From a virus, in IMG/VR virus record IMGVR_UViG_3300032309_001546, positions 64,001-128,000 of that record: 64,000 bases of DNA, one strand, 5' to 3'. Under the pieces are notes generated by a model. The model was not told the DNA's origin. It did not search any database and was given only the letters and a program-made list of their open reading frames with translations. Below, in pieces: positions 19,181-29,762 of the stretch. How positions within the stretch are numbered: the stretch's first letter is position 1; each line of letters starts with the position of its first letter. Made by a program: the position numbers and the translations under genes.

Positions 19181-19651
19181 TTACTCAGCATCTGGCTTAT
19201 CTTCCTCTTCTTCGTCCTCATAATCAAGCTCTACAAGCTTATTACCAGTTTCTGCAATATACTCATCACTATGAGTCTTGCATAGGGTCGTCCACCATCC
19301 TCTGTAGGAACCACAGTGTCCGGGCTCACCACAGACCTCACAAGTCTTAGCACTAAGAGCTCTGGCTTCTGAGATAAACTTGTCAATAGTAGGACAACTA
19401 TAGTCTAGATAAAAGGACAAAGTTCCAAACTTTTCTTTAACCTGAACAGCCTCAATAGTGTACCTAGGGTACGTAAGCTTAGTCTCATCAACATAAGCCT
19501 TAATCTTAGCACAAAGATCGTCAAGTAGCTGATACCATCCATCACCAGTATCAATGCCCCAACACATACATGTCTGAGTCATTGGAAGATGCCGCTGACA
19601 AAAGATATCAGGATATTTCTCAAAAAGCTGGTCTTGTAGTTCTTGTTTCAT
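19181..19651 (-). CDS. Conserved phage hypothetical protein
   Basis: GDGW..L...LC, QVKEKFGTL.FY, TCEVCG..G....GW..TLC..H motif family. Confidence 0.8.
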   Translation of the reverse strand: MKQELQDQLFEKYPDIFCQRHLPMTQTCMCWGIDTGDGWYQLLDDLCAKIKAYVDETKLTYPRYTIEAVQVKEKFGTLSFYLDYSCPTIDKFISEARALSAKTCEVCGEPGHCGSYRGWWTTLCKTHSDEYIAETGNKLVELDYEDEEEEDKPDAE

Positions 19652-19791
19652 TATTCATCCTCTTCTGTGAAAAGATAGTCGTCTTCAACAAACCAAGATT
19701 CTTCATCTTCTAGGTATTGACCTGAAGACTCGTCAGCAAGCTTATTAAGCTCATCAATAGCAAGGTCTTTCATTCTTCCCATGTTAATCTC

Positions 19792-20190
19792 CTACCACCA
19801 ACAGATATAGTAAACTTTCTTTCCAAGAGCAACTTCTATATAGGCTCTGCAAAAAATTTCAATATCTTCTCTAAGCCTATCTTCATTACAAAAGTCACCA
19901 GTATGAAATGGTCCATTTGCAGGCGGAAGATTACTAGCAAGAAGATCCTCAAAAAGTGCTTTAAGATCTTCTAAGTCTAGATAGACTTTCTCAACATTAA
20001 ATGCGCTAATATCAAAGTAATCATCACCAAATCTAACCGTACGCATAGTAACTTCTGGCTTATACTTTTTAAGCCAAAGTTTTTCAAACCAGGCATTAAG
20101 ATCGCCATGTTTACGCCAAGATCCAATTTCTTCGTCATTTTCATCAGAATTCTCAGGATCTTCAATCCTAAGATACATATCAAGTCCCAT
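19792..20190 (-). CDS. MGLDMY-family phage protein (paralog 1)
   Basis: MGLDMY...WRKH..L..WFE...FN....L...LP...GKKVYY.CWW. Confidence 0.8.
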   Translation of the reverse strand: MGLDMYLRIEDPENSDENDEEIGSWRKHGDLNAWFEKLWLKKYKPEVTMRTVRFGDDYFDISAFNVEKVYLDLEDLKALFEDLLASNLPPANGPFHTGDFCNEDRLREDIEIFCRAYIEVALGKKVYYICWW

Positions 20191-20199
20191 ATTATTCTC

Positions 20200-20592
20200 C
20201 TACCAGGAACTGGTATAAAAGACTTTCTTACCAATAGCAAGTTCAATAGCAGCTTTTCCAAGCAATTCTAGATCTATTTCTAGTTGTTCTTCAGTCTTCT
20301 CACTTCCTGCACTAAAAGGCACGTCTGTGTTAGGAAGCCTATCATTGATAATTGCATCTTGCAATTGAGTAAGAAGGGCCATATCCACGTAGACTGATAC
20401 TCCATTAAAGCAACTAAGAATAAAAGTGTCTTCTCCAAAGGACACATTTACACTGACTTTGTCTGGCTTATGATTTTCAATCCAAAAGTTTTCCATCCAA
20501 CCATGAAGGTTAGAATGATTACGCCAGTATGCAATCTTCTCAACGTCTCCTGTATTAGGATCCTCAGAAACAAAGTACATATCAAGACCCAT
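20200..20592 (-). CDS. MGLDMY-family phage protein (paralog 2)
   Basis: MGLDMY...YWRNH..LHGWME...FN...LP...GKKVFYTSSW. Confidence 0.8.
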   Translation of the reverse strand: MGLDMYFVSEDPNTGDVEKIAYWRNHSNLHGWMENFWIENHKPDKVSVNVSFGEDTFILSCFNGVSVYVDMALLTQLQDAIINDRLPNTDVPFSAGSEKTEEQLEIDLELLGKAAIELAIGKKVFYTSSW

Positions 20593-20942
20593 TTTATCAC
20601 CTGTTATTAAGTGTTGCTTAATAGGTAAAAAATACTATTTAAACTGTAAATTTAAATTATTAGTTGTTGCATAATCTGCAAGCTCTTGTCCATCACTAAA
20701 GCTTTTAAACTTTGAAAGATCAGGACCAAAAAGTAAATATTGTTTTGTTCCATCCTTTATAAAAGTATAAACAATACAATGATTTAGCTTTGTTGTTTCA
20801 TACCACTGTGACATTAACTCTCAGGTTCTTGTGGAGTTACTGGCTTGTCTTTGTCGATTGGAGCCTGATTAGCTAGCTTTGCAGCAAGTACAATCTCTTT
20901 TAGACGATTAGATAACATTGCAAATCTATCCATTTTAAATCC

Positions 20943-21203
20943 TTAGTCAACATAATTTTTAAAATTTGAATAATTAATTAGACTATTACCAAGTTTAGTA
21001 AGAACTCCGTCTTTCCAAGCAATTGAGCTATCCATAAGATCTCTTACTTCTTGCTCTGAAAGATTAGAAGTATCTTCACCTTCTTCGCTGTCATCAGTCA
21101 AGTAGATAATCCCATTACCTTTTGAGATTGCAATAGCGTCAAGAATATCTTCAGACTCAACAACTTCACAAGTTTTATTCTTGGGATTAGCATAAACGTA
21201 CAT
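20943..21203 (-). CDS. Hypothetical protein
   Basis: 86-aa ORF with AAGGAG RBS. Confidence 0.7.
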   Translation of the reverse strand: MYVYANPKNKTCEVVESEDILDAIAISKGNGIIYLTDDSEEGEDTSNLSEQEVRDLMDSSIAWKDGVLTKLGNSLINYSNFKNYVD

Positions 21204-21265
21204 ATATTATCTCCTTATTATTAATTACCAATAATAACTAATAATAAGAAATAATCAAAAAGTAC

Positions 21266-21844
21266 TTAGATTATATGGAAAGCTGTCTTATAAAGCTCAG
21301 AGTCTTCTATATACTCTTGTTCTTTATAATAAAATCCAGTATCTTTATCTTGTATTTGTTGTTGTTGCACCGCTTTTATTACTTCATTCTTAAATAAGCT
21401 TGCAAAACCAAGTGTCAAACCACCAAAAAGTAAACCAATTATTGTTCTAACTATAGTTCTAGTTAGCCATTCACGGTTTTCTGACTCTTTTTTCTCTTTT
21501 TCTGTCCGAATATCAACTTTTACACGCTCAATTTCTTTAGCTATACGGTCATTTTGATCAATCGTAAATCGCGTAAGTAATTTCTCATTTTCACTTCTAT
21601 TTAACTCTATAGTCTTATTAATCGCTTCTATCTGCTGACGCTGAAGCTCAGCAAGCGAATCAAGATCTTTCTCTACGTCTCTGAGACGCATATTTATTCC
21701 GGGATTTCCGTCATAAGATCCAAGGACTATTGTCTTTAGATCATCAATTGCTTTATCATGTTTTTCATGACTTTTCTTTAAATCATCAAGCTTAGTGTTG
21801 ATGGAGTCAAGTAAAGAATTAGGGCAATCGGTTGAGTTTGACAT
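21266..21844 (-). CDS. Coiled-coil protein with one C-terminal transmembrane helix
   Basis: Heptad-rich N-terminus followed by TIIGLLFGGLTLGFASLF. Confidence 0.7.
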   Translation of the reverse strand: MSNSTDCPNSLLDSINTKLDDLKKSHEKHDKAIDDLKTIVLGSYDGNPGINMRLRDVEKDLDSLAELQRQQIEAINKTIELNRSENEKLLTRFTIDQNDRIAKEIERVKVDIRTEKEKKESENREWLTRTIVRTIIGLLFGGLTLGFASLFKNEVIKAVQQQQIQDKDTGFYYKEQEYIEDSELYKTAFHII

Positions 21845-22171
21845 TGGGAAATCCTCTATAAATAAATAGTATTGTTAAAACATTTTCACCACCTGTATAG
21901 AGGAAACTAGACAATTCTATCTAGCCCTAAATCATAGTGTAATTATACTAGAGTTTACAGTATCTTATACTTTTGATGTATTTTTGATAAAGAAAAAACC
22001 CTAGGTTTTACGCCACTTTTTCAACCATCTATTTTACTTATAAGTAGCAAAATAAAAATAGTTAAAATTAGCATAAAACCTAAGGTTTTCTTTCTTTTTA
22101 GCCTAAAGCGGCAAGCAAATTAAAATAAAAGCAATGACTAGAAATATGATAGCAGCTGCTTGAATTTCCAT

Positions 22172-22393
22172 TTAATATCCAGAACGAGTTATGTTTGCAA
22201 TCTCGTAGTGATCTTTATCATAAAGACGCCAAGAATTCCAATCATCTCCAGGATCACTAAAAGAACTATGAACTAGATGAAATGTTTCAGCTTGCTGAAG
22301 TACAACTTCATTAAAGTTCAACTTAATACGCTCACTTTTAAGATACTCGCGAATATTCTTATTACCATTAATGGTAGCTCCAATGTAAGGCAT
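22172..22393 (-). CDS. Hypothetical protein
   Basis: 73-aa ORF with GAGGA RBS. Confidence 0.65.
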   Translation of the reverse strand: MPYIGATINGNKNIREYLKSERIKLNFNEVVLQQAETFHLVHSSFSDPGDDWNSWRLYDKDHYEIANITRSGY

Positions 22394-22406
22394 TTAGTTC
22401 TCCTCT

Positions 22407-23873
22407 TTAGTAAGGTGCATCAATCATTTCATAACCATATGCAGGAATTCCGTAAGGATATCCAGGAATAGCAAATTTAACTTTCTTTGGGGCAGGAGCA
22501 GGATACTCTAACTTAGCCTTCTTAATCTCAGCCTCGAGATAAGAAGAAAAGCTCTTACTAGCTGGTGTACTCTTATTGTTCCGGTCAAAACACTGAATAA
22601 TATGACCATTAGTCATGCTGACCATAGCACATACGTTTCCTTTACGGAAAAACATATGGCTATTATCATTGTAGTAACTACCAATACAGTGTGCACAGTC
22701 ACTGCCCGCGACTCTCATCTCATTAGAAGTCTTAATACGGATCTTTTCAAGATGCTCCGGCAAAGCAAGAGTAGGCATATCACGATCAGGAACATTAACA
22801 TCATACTTAAGCAGTGCAAGACGATTCTGTTCCGCCGCGATTCTATGATTATTAACACTAGCATTAATCATTTCAAGAACACTCATAGTCTCGTAATCAA
22901 TAGCACTAAGACGCTCATCTCTGGCTCGAAGACCAGGAAGGCCCATACGGTAACCATCCTTAATGAACTTTTCCACAGCCTCTGCAAGACCAGTACCAAC
23001 ATTAACAGGATGAAGATCCTTCATAGCCTTTACCCAGCCATCAAGAATCTTAACATCATTAACTTTGCTCATCTTCGTATAAAGAGTAGCCTGGTTCTTA
23101 TCAATATCAGCCAGTAGCTTAGGGATACCATTGCCACTCATCTCTTCATTATGATTAATAGGAATCAACTGAACATACTCACAAGCAAGACCAGAATGGA
23201 ACCAACTAAGCCGCCGATTACTAAAGGTACGGTACTTGTAGCTCTGAATGAATTCCGCATTAATAGGATGATTTTGCATTAGAGACTTTGTCTCTGGAGC
23301 TTCATCTCTAGTCATAGAAATTTTTCTAGGAGTCCAATTGCCACGAGGAGCATTGCCATTAGGCCAGATCTTAACAGAATCCCAAGCTTTCATAGTACGA
23401 ATAGACTGAGGAATCTTATTAAGCAGTACCCGTCTATCAGTATACTTCAAAGACGAGTAACCATGGTTAAAAGCGCGCTTTACAGTGAACTTTTCCCAAG
23501 GGGTACGGGCATTATGAAGATCCTTAAGAGCCCAAGTAAGATCAACAAGATCATTAGACTCTCTAGGGAAGGAACTAGGATCCTTACTTCTCTCAGTAGT
23601 CTGATGACAAGCAGAGATAAGAGTTATCGCAGCATCAAGCTTATCATGCATATCCTTATGCCAGTAAGCAAGGCCGGCAACCAAGTTAATAATAGTCTTG
23701 TGCCGAGACATCATAGGCTTAATATAGTGCCATCTAGCACTTACTTTATAAGCACCATTCTTACTCTTATTACTGTAGTGCCGCGGCATATTCTTCATCT
23801 TAATATCAAGACGATCATTCATATTCTTCCACAAGTAATTCTTATCCTCAACAAACGCATTAAAGTCATACAT
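22407..23873 (-). CDS. PcfJ-like domain protein
   Basis: C-terminal IKTSNEMRVAGSDCAHCIGSY...IIQCFDRNN matches the PcfJ pattern L..EG..M.HCVG.Y...Q.....N. Start moved to MYDFN at 23873 (AGGAG RBS). Confidence 0.7.
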   Translation of the reverse strand: MYDFNAFVEDKNYLWKNMNDRLDIKMKNMPRHYSNKSKNGAYKVSARWHYIKPMMSRHKTIINLVAGLAYWHKDMHDKLDAAITLISACHQTTERSKDPSSFPRESNDLVDLTWALKDLHNARTPWEKFTVKRAFNHGYSSLKYTDRRVLLNKIPQSIRTMKAWDSVKIWPNGNAPRGNWTPRKISMTRDEAPETKSLMQNHPINAEFIQSYKYRTFSNRRLSWFHSGLACEYVQLIPINHNEEMSGNGIPKLLADIDKNQATLYTKMSKVNDVKILDGWVKAMKDLHPVNVGTGLAEAVEKFIKDGYRMGLPGLRARDERLSAIDYETMSVLEMINASVNNHRIAAEQNRLALLKYDVNVPDRDMPTLALPEHLEKIRIKTSNEMRVAGSDCAHCIGSYYNDNSHMFFRKGNVCAMVSMTNGHIIQCFDRNNKSTPASKSFSSYLEAEIKKAKLEYPAPAPKKVKFAIPGYPYGIPAYGYEMIDAPY

Positions 23874-24077
23874 TAGTAAGTCTCCTAAGTAGATTAGATC
23901 ATTGTTTAGCCAAGAGATAAAAAAGAGCACTGTAAGAGGCCGGCGCAGCCGGCCCATAAATAAAGTACATTGAAGACTATATACTAGTAAAGAGAGATAG
24001 ACAGAGTAATAGGATATACAGAAGAGATTAAGGTCTAGACAGTAAGGAGTATACATGTAGCATGACAAGTCATGTCC

Positions 24078-24425
24078 TGCTATACCCTGCGTTATACCTT
24101 GCTATACCCTGCAAATACCCTGCAGATCCCCTTAAAATACCTTGCTATACCTACCCCGCTCCTACAAACTATACCAATATACCTTGTCCTCGCGTAAGCC
24201 CGTCTTATACCTCTATATACCCCTATATGCCAAAAGCATACAAGGCTATTCTCTGGACTCTTTTTGAACAAGTTCTTATACCCCTATATAGTAAACTTAT
24301 ATACTTGTATGTATACTTGTATACCCCTATGGGGCAAAAGCTGCCTTCATGAAACTCTGGATATCCATCGTAAAACTCTGGACTCTTTTTGGATCTTAAA
24401 AATGACTCTTATCTCTGGACTCTTT
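24078..24425. repeat. Low-complexity short-repeat tract (about 12 x (T/A)ATACC, then 4 x CTCTGGA)
   Basis: ctataccc/ttatacct/aataccc units across 24078-24330; ctctgga(ctcttt) at about 24251, 24355, 24377 and 24413. Confidence 0.8.
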
Positions 24426-24486
24426 ATGGTCTCAGAATCCTGGCCCGGTTGCTTGCATGTATAGCCCTTTATAGCTATATCCTCCT

Positions 24487-24520
24487 TGAAAAGAAAAACC
24501 CTGCTGTTAGGCAGGGTTCT
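24487..24520 (-). terminator. Intrinsic terminator
   Basis: AACCCTGC-ctaaca-GCAGGGTT hairpin followed by a T-rich tract on the minus strand. Confidence 0.8.
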
Positions 24521-24531
24521 CTTCCTTGAGA

Positions 24532-24921
24532 TTAGATCTCTTGGGCATGAGAGTGACGAGTCTCTCGATTAGGACTGTTAGCAGCACGGCGGCGCTTGAT
24601 AGCCTCCAACTTTGCAGCTAGTTCATTTTCCTCACGTTCAGCATTCAAAGCATCCAACTTACGCTGGTACTCACGCTGAGCACGGGTCGTCTTTACTTCC
24701 TCAACAGGCTTACTAGTAGATTGAGATGCTGCGGGTCTAATACCCTCAACCTTCTCAGTTACCATATTACTACCCTTCTTGAGGATAGGACCAAACAACC
24801 CCATGAAGATAGCAGGGATTACTAGAAGAACAGTACCGAAGATACCCCAAAGGGCACCTGCTGCACCTGCTGCTCCTGCTTTGGCAAGAAATGTTCCGCC
24901 TTCTGCGCCTACATCAGCCAT
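24532..24921 (-). CDS. Membrane protein with C-terminal coiled coil
   Basis: Hydrophobic ALWGIFGTVLLVIPAIFMGLFG; GGAGG RBS. Confidence 0.75.
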   Translation of the reverse strand: MADVGAEGGTFLAKAGAAGAAGALWGIFGTVLLVIPAIFMGLFGPILKKGSNMVTEKVEGIRPAASQSTSKPVEEVKTTRAQREYQRKLDALNAEREENELAAKLEAIKRRRAANSPNRETRHSHAQEI

Positions 24922-24923
24922 GA

Positions 24924-25238
24924 TTAGCCCTCCACTCGATAGAATGCACCTGCATTAGGTGCGTGAATCTGAATAGCGCGATAACCTGGATGAAGCGGCT
25001 TACCCGTTGCATCCTTCTTGTGTCGCTTTAGAAATAGAGGAAGGTTCTTGAAGCCCAAGGTGAATCCCTCGGCACCAATCTCCCCATTGCTCCATACCTC
25101 GATATCATCACCACCCATCTTGCAACGAGTAACGACGAAGCTACCAGCCTCTGTACGAACTCGTGCTACAGTAGGAACTGCAGGGTTAGATGAACCAACT
25201 CGAATCACACCACTCGCGGTCAAAACATCACTCATCAT
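24924..25238 (-). CDS. Hypothetical protein
   Basis: Start moved to MMSDVL (GAGG RBS); the longer ORF call overlaps tRNA-Arg. Confidence 0.7.
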   Translation of the reverse strand: MMSDVLTASGVIRVGSSNPAVPTVARVRTEAGSFVVTRCKMGGDDIEVWSNGEIGAEGFTLGFKNLPLFLKRHKKDATGKPLHPGYRAIQIHAPNAGAFYRVEG

Positions 25239-25283
25239 ATACCTCTCATGTTGTACTCTAGAATATAGAGCGTTTGGGGAAAG

Positions 25284-25358
25284 TGTGCCCGACTGGACTT
25301 GAACCAGTGACCTACGGCTTAGAAGGCCGTTGCAACTATCCAACTGTGCTACGGGCAC
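25284..25358 (-). tRNA. tRNA-Arg(UCU)
   Basis: GTGCCCG/CGGGCAC acceptor, ACGGC-CTTCTAA-GCCGT anticodon arm, ACTGG-TTCAAGT-CCAGT T-arm. Confidence 0.95.
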
Positions 25359-25386
25359 GCAGCCTAGGTTTTACCCTAGTAGTTGT

Positions 25387-25881
25387 TTAGAAGCCGTCTC
25401 CATCCTCGAAGACAAAGTTGTCAGCAGGATTTCCGGCAGTCTGACGACGACGCACAGTAGTACGAGCCACAGCACGGACTGCAGGAGTTGCCACAGGACC
25501 AGCCGCCTTCATCTGCTGAGGAGCTGGAGTAGAAGCAGGTGCTGCTTCCTTGGTTGGCCGGCGACCATAGTTGATCTCATTCGCGACAACTTCAGTGATG
25601 TAGCGGGTCTCACCCTTGCTCTCATACTGACGAGTCTTGATTCGACCCTCGATCTCGGCCTCACTACCCTTTGACAGGTACTTGGCAGCATTCTCTGCAG
25701 CCTTACCCCACACAACAACACGATGCCACTCCGGCTCACTGACCGTCTCTCCCGCCTTATTTACGTACTCGTAATTAGTGCAGATAGACAAAGTAGCCCG
25801 GCTACGGCCAGTTTCAGTCGTAGACAACTTGGGATCATCACCAAGGAAACCACGAAGCTCAACACGATTCTTATTACGCAT
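25387..25881 (-). CDS. ssb: Single-stranded DNA-binding protein
   Basis: NRVELRGFLGDDP, EWHRVVVWGKAAE..AKYL.KG....IEGRIKTRQYE, acidic tail EDGDGF. Confidence 0.95.
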   Translation of the reverse strand: MRNKNRVELRGFLGDDPKLSTTETGRSRATLSICTNYEYVNKAGETVSEPEWHRVVVWGKAAENAAKYLSKGSEAEIEGRIKTRQYESKGETRYITEVVANEINYGRRPTKEAAPASTPAPQQMKAAGPVATPAVRAVARTTVRRRQTAGNPADNFVFEDGDGF

Positions 25882-26327
25882 CTCTCATCTCAACTTACCC
25901 ATCCACTGATGGTAATGTTTATTTCAATAAAGCATAATACTCACGATAAAAAGCGAGCGCAGCGAAGCTAATGTATGCCAAGTACAAAGATCTGAAACAT
26001 TGTACTAACAATGCTCAAAAATGTAATGGCAAAGTATAAAACGAAGATCCCACTGATAATGTCCCACAGTGTAGATTTCTTCATGCTAGGAAAAACACTA
26101 TCTCTGAAAGCACATTTGTGAAGAGTACCTTCAGTATCCAAGCTATTCCAATCAACGTAATGATTCTTTGCATTATTACCTCGTAGCTAGAGCCAAGATA
26201 GCAATAGCAGGCCAGATCAGACTAGCCGCAGTATAAGCAAACACAAACCAGACAGGAACCACAACGCTTGCAGTTCCATTGATGTGGCTCATAGTGAAGG
26301 ATACAGTACTCATAAGAATTGACTTCA

Positions 26328-28816
26328 TTAGATCCCCTTTCTGGTTTCGGCGTCTCCGATGTTGACGAACTTTGCTCCCTTGAATTTGCGGTACGAGGCG
26401 ATGAGAAGGCCTGGGACTCTCTGTACCCAGATGCCACCTTGTGCTTTGATTCGCTTTGCGATCCGCCTTGCAGCGTATCGATTAGGCGTTTCATGCACGG
26501 AAAGACATCCACTAGCAACAAGTACACTGTACATTAGATCTCCTGGTTGCGGATGATTTCAATTTCTTGACTGATCCGGATATCCCGGACAGCAAGCATC
26601 AAAGTACTGATACGGTCAACTCCCCAGACTGCTTCCAGCATTGCAATCAAGTATGCAATGTTCTCTGCATTTCGGTAGTTGATGTCAAAAAGACGGTTAT
26701 CGACTTTATCCATAGGATCTACGTTTTCCATGTTCTTCTCCTACTTGATGTCTTCAGCGCGGGCGATTGCCTCTGCTGCGAGAATGATGCATTCAAGGTT
26801 CTCGAAGTTCTTTTCAAGATACTCGATGCGGTTACGGGCCTTACGAGATCCTTCCTTGATTGCGAAGTCTTCATTCCACAGAGGAGCGGTGTCCTGAAGT
26901 AGATTGAATGCACAACGGTACTCTTGGAGCTGGGCCTTTCGACTTTCACGGGTATTAGCCGTAAGGTTGATGTAAGTCAGGTGATGAAAAGTATCGGTAA
27001 TCAGACTCTTTGTCTCGTACATTTATTCCTCCGAGGAATTGTTGTTGAACTTGAACTTGCGGCATCCATTCTTAGATTCCTCCTTCCGGGGGTCTCCATG
27101 GTTGCCGTTCTTGAAACCACCGTAAGCAAGCGTCATTGCGGCGCTATCACGACGAGGGACAAACTTATCTTTCTTTACAGTCTTTGACATTGTAACCTAC
27201 AGGTATAAGTAGCTAGAATCAAAGAACATCACTGCTGCGATGATCCAGAAAGCAACGCCGCCATAAAAACTGGCGACGAGAAGGGTTGTTTCAGCAAGGT
27301 TGAAGGTGTGCTCTTCAAACCGCTCCTTGTCAATGTTGAATGTAATCTTCATGACCAGTAACTCCAGCGAAGGATGTCAATGAGGACCATGAATGCGCAA
27401 GCAGCGAATCCAAGTCCACTAAGACAGAAAAAGAACAACGTGCAGAATTGCCAATTGTTCACAGTAACAGCATACTTACCAACTTGAATCTTGTGCATTC
27501 TTATTCTCCTTCAGGAAACAAACGAAAGAACTTATCCTCTGCCCAGTCTTCAAATGAGAAGTCCAGTTCTCGGTCAAGACCAAGTTCCGCAGCTTCAATC
27601 AACAAGTTATCCTCATTCTTGTCAAACCACTCTTCAAAGTCAATCATGGTGTCCTCCTTAGGACATAAGGGTTTAGAATTGTTCGAATGCCTTCTCAGCG
27701 TGAGCAAGCGCAAGGACAAGGCTATCTCTGTAGCCCTCAAGCTCTGGATGGGTTGGTAGTACACCATTTGCCCGCGTAACCAAACTCTTGAGAGTAGATA
27801 CCATGCCTTTCAGCGCATCGTAATCTATTCCACTATGACCAGCATACATCTTCATCATGACTTACTCCTCCAAACCAGAGTGATTGAGGAAGTCCCCGAT
27901 AACGGCATGGATAGCGCTGACCTTGTCACCAGCATATCCGTTCCAGTCATGGACTTCCATGCTATTGTCAGCGCGGACATCAAGGCCAAGGATCATGACA
28001 TCTCCCTGGTAGATCTTGATAAACGCAGATCCAGTCTCTATGTTCTTCAAAAAGTCTACAGTCAGCATGTTGTCCTCCAAGGACATAAGGGGGAAAGTCT
28101 TCCTGATAGGATTCGAACCTATCTGCTAGACCCGCAGAAGGCGGGTTTGCAATACCATAAGGAAGTGATTCAGCCTTTGTGGCTACTGGACATGACACCC
28201 AATAGGTTATCCTACCAACGGGCAGGTTACAGGCTGTTGACCTATTGGACTACTAGTTCTCTGGGAAGATGTTTCCCAGCAGAAACTCTTGACATTCCAG
28301 TCGGGAGCTGGGCTCGTAGTAAGGAGCGAGTTCAGGATCACGGGCGTTGACCTTGGCTCTCTTGGCCTTGATCTGTTCCCTGAAATCCTGAAGTTCCTTG
28401 CTGCCCTTCTCCATGCGCATGATAGAGTCTGTCTCGTTAGTGAGGACTTCTCCCCACAACTTCAGACCCTTCTTCAACGTCTCAAGGAACACGGGAGTCA
28501 TGGATACCAGGTGAGCAATCTGGTAGAAGCAATTCTCGTGGACACTGTTCTCCAAAGAGATGCCGACATCTCTCCAGCCAGTGCCATGGTCCCAGTACAG
28601 ACCCTGGAACTCCAAGTCAACTACCTGGATGGTGTTCGGAAAACTGACCTTGAAGGTCGTATCTTCCCACCTCTTGCTCCAGGGGTCCTGTTCCTTAGCG
28701 GAGTAGAAGTTCTTCGTGCTCTTCTGGACAACCTCGATGTTCCAATCATGCTCTTCACAGATACTCTCCAGAGTCTTCTGGATGATAAAGTCAAGGACAA
28801 TGTCTTTCATGTTCAT
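26328..28816 (-). CDS. Run of small hypothetical genes (26328..26534, 26534..26731, 26741..27022, about 27501..27647, 27673..27858, about 27862..28070, 28253..28816)
   Basis: Short minus-strand ORFs, most with GGAG/GGAGG RBS and tight spacing; no recognisable domains. Confidence 0.65.
28098..28165 (-). ncRNA. tRNA-like element 1 (no proper D-stem, non-canonical anticodon loop)
   Basis: CTTCCT-TATGGTATTGCAA-ACCCGC-CTTCT-GCGGGT-CTAGCA-GATAGG-TTCGAAT-CCTATC-AGGAAG-A, intergenic. Confidence 0.6.
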
Positions 28817-28941
28817 TCTCCAGTAAAGAGGTAACATTACCTCTGAGGTTATAAAAAGTGCTCCAGTTTACAGACATGGAGCAAGGTCACGGGACACCAT
28901 TATTTGTGCTCCCCTATACTAGGCTGTTTCTCACCTAGTAA

Positions 28942-29013
28942 TTCAATCATATGGGAATCGAACCCATAACTAGATATCCATAATGGTATATCTAGCGTCA
29001 CCAGACTAATCAA
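28942..29013 (-). ncRNA. tRNA-like element 2 (mini D-arm, elongated anticodon-position stem)
   Basis: TTGATTA-GTC-TGGT-GAC-G-CTAGATAT-ACCATTATGG-ATATCTAG-TT-ATGGG-TTCGATT-CCCAT-A-TGATTGA. Confidence 0.55.
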
Positions 29014-29470
29014 AAGGGTACGGGTCGTCTTATTTGCTAGCGTGCGAACCCCTTCCCAGTCGTTACTAGCGAACTAGTAACCACCCCATGTCTATATAAC
29101 TACTAGGGCAGGGGTCCCTAATAATTAGCCCATGTTTACTCTCATTACTCGCGGCAGGGCTCCGCCAGTAATAAACCCTATGTTTATCTCGTTACTAGAA
29201 GCAAGGGACTAACTAGTAACCACCCCGTGTTCATCTTGTCCATTAGTGGCTGAGGCCCACTAACAGCCAGCCTATCTTTATAGCCAGGTTTGCAACCCTG
29301 ACACCCCTAGGTTTCCATGAACGGTAGGCGCGTTCATGTGTTTCTAGAAGGATTAGAAGGTGACGTCTTGCAGTACGAACAATAGGGTTTACATCCCCTA
29401 CTATTCGCAATGTAACCTGCGTGACGCCGTAAACTTGTGAGCATTTTATAGACCTACTCAGGTCTGAGGA

Positions 29471-29677
29471 TTACACGAAGAAGCGACGAGCCACGTGAAC
29501 GGCCTCAATGAGAGACTCAGAACCAGTGCTGGCATCTTCCTCGTATTCCTCGAAATCGACAAACTCTTCAGGACTGTCCGGGCGATGGCTCCAGTCGATG
29601 CGGTCAATGACCTCATCTTCGCTACCGACAGGAATGTTGAAGCAATCCTCAAAAGACACGAACTCAACAGGGACCAT
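29471..29677 (-). CDS. Small acidic hypothetical protein
   Basis: 68-aa ORF with GGAG RBS, located downstream of a GCA-triloop hairpin. Confidence 0.65.
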   Translation of the reverse strand: MVPVEFVSFEDCFNIPVGSEDEVIDRIDWSHRPDSPEEFVDFEEYEEDASTGSESLIEAVHVARRFFV

Positions 29678-29762
29678 GACAGACTCCGTTTGTTACGAAG
29701 ACACACATAATGTCTTCACCATGAAAGGCGAGCGCAGCGAGCCTAATACTGTGTAGCGGAGT

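Noticed and set aside
24062-24464. Plus-strand ORFs 24062..24352 and 24264..24464
   Set aside because: Translations of the TATACC repeat tract (Y/P/I-rich), against the local gene orientation.
29061-29230. Mini-CRISPR from the duplicated ACTAGTAACCACCCC
   Set aside because: Only two imperfect copies with irregular spacing; better explained as part of the hairpin array.
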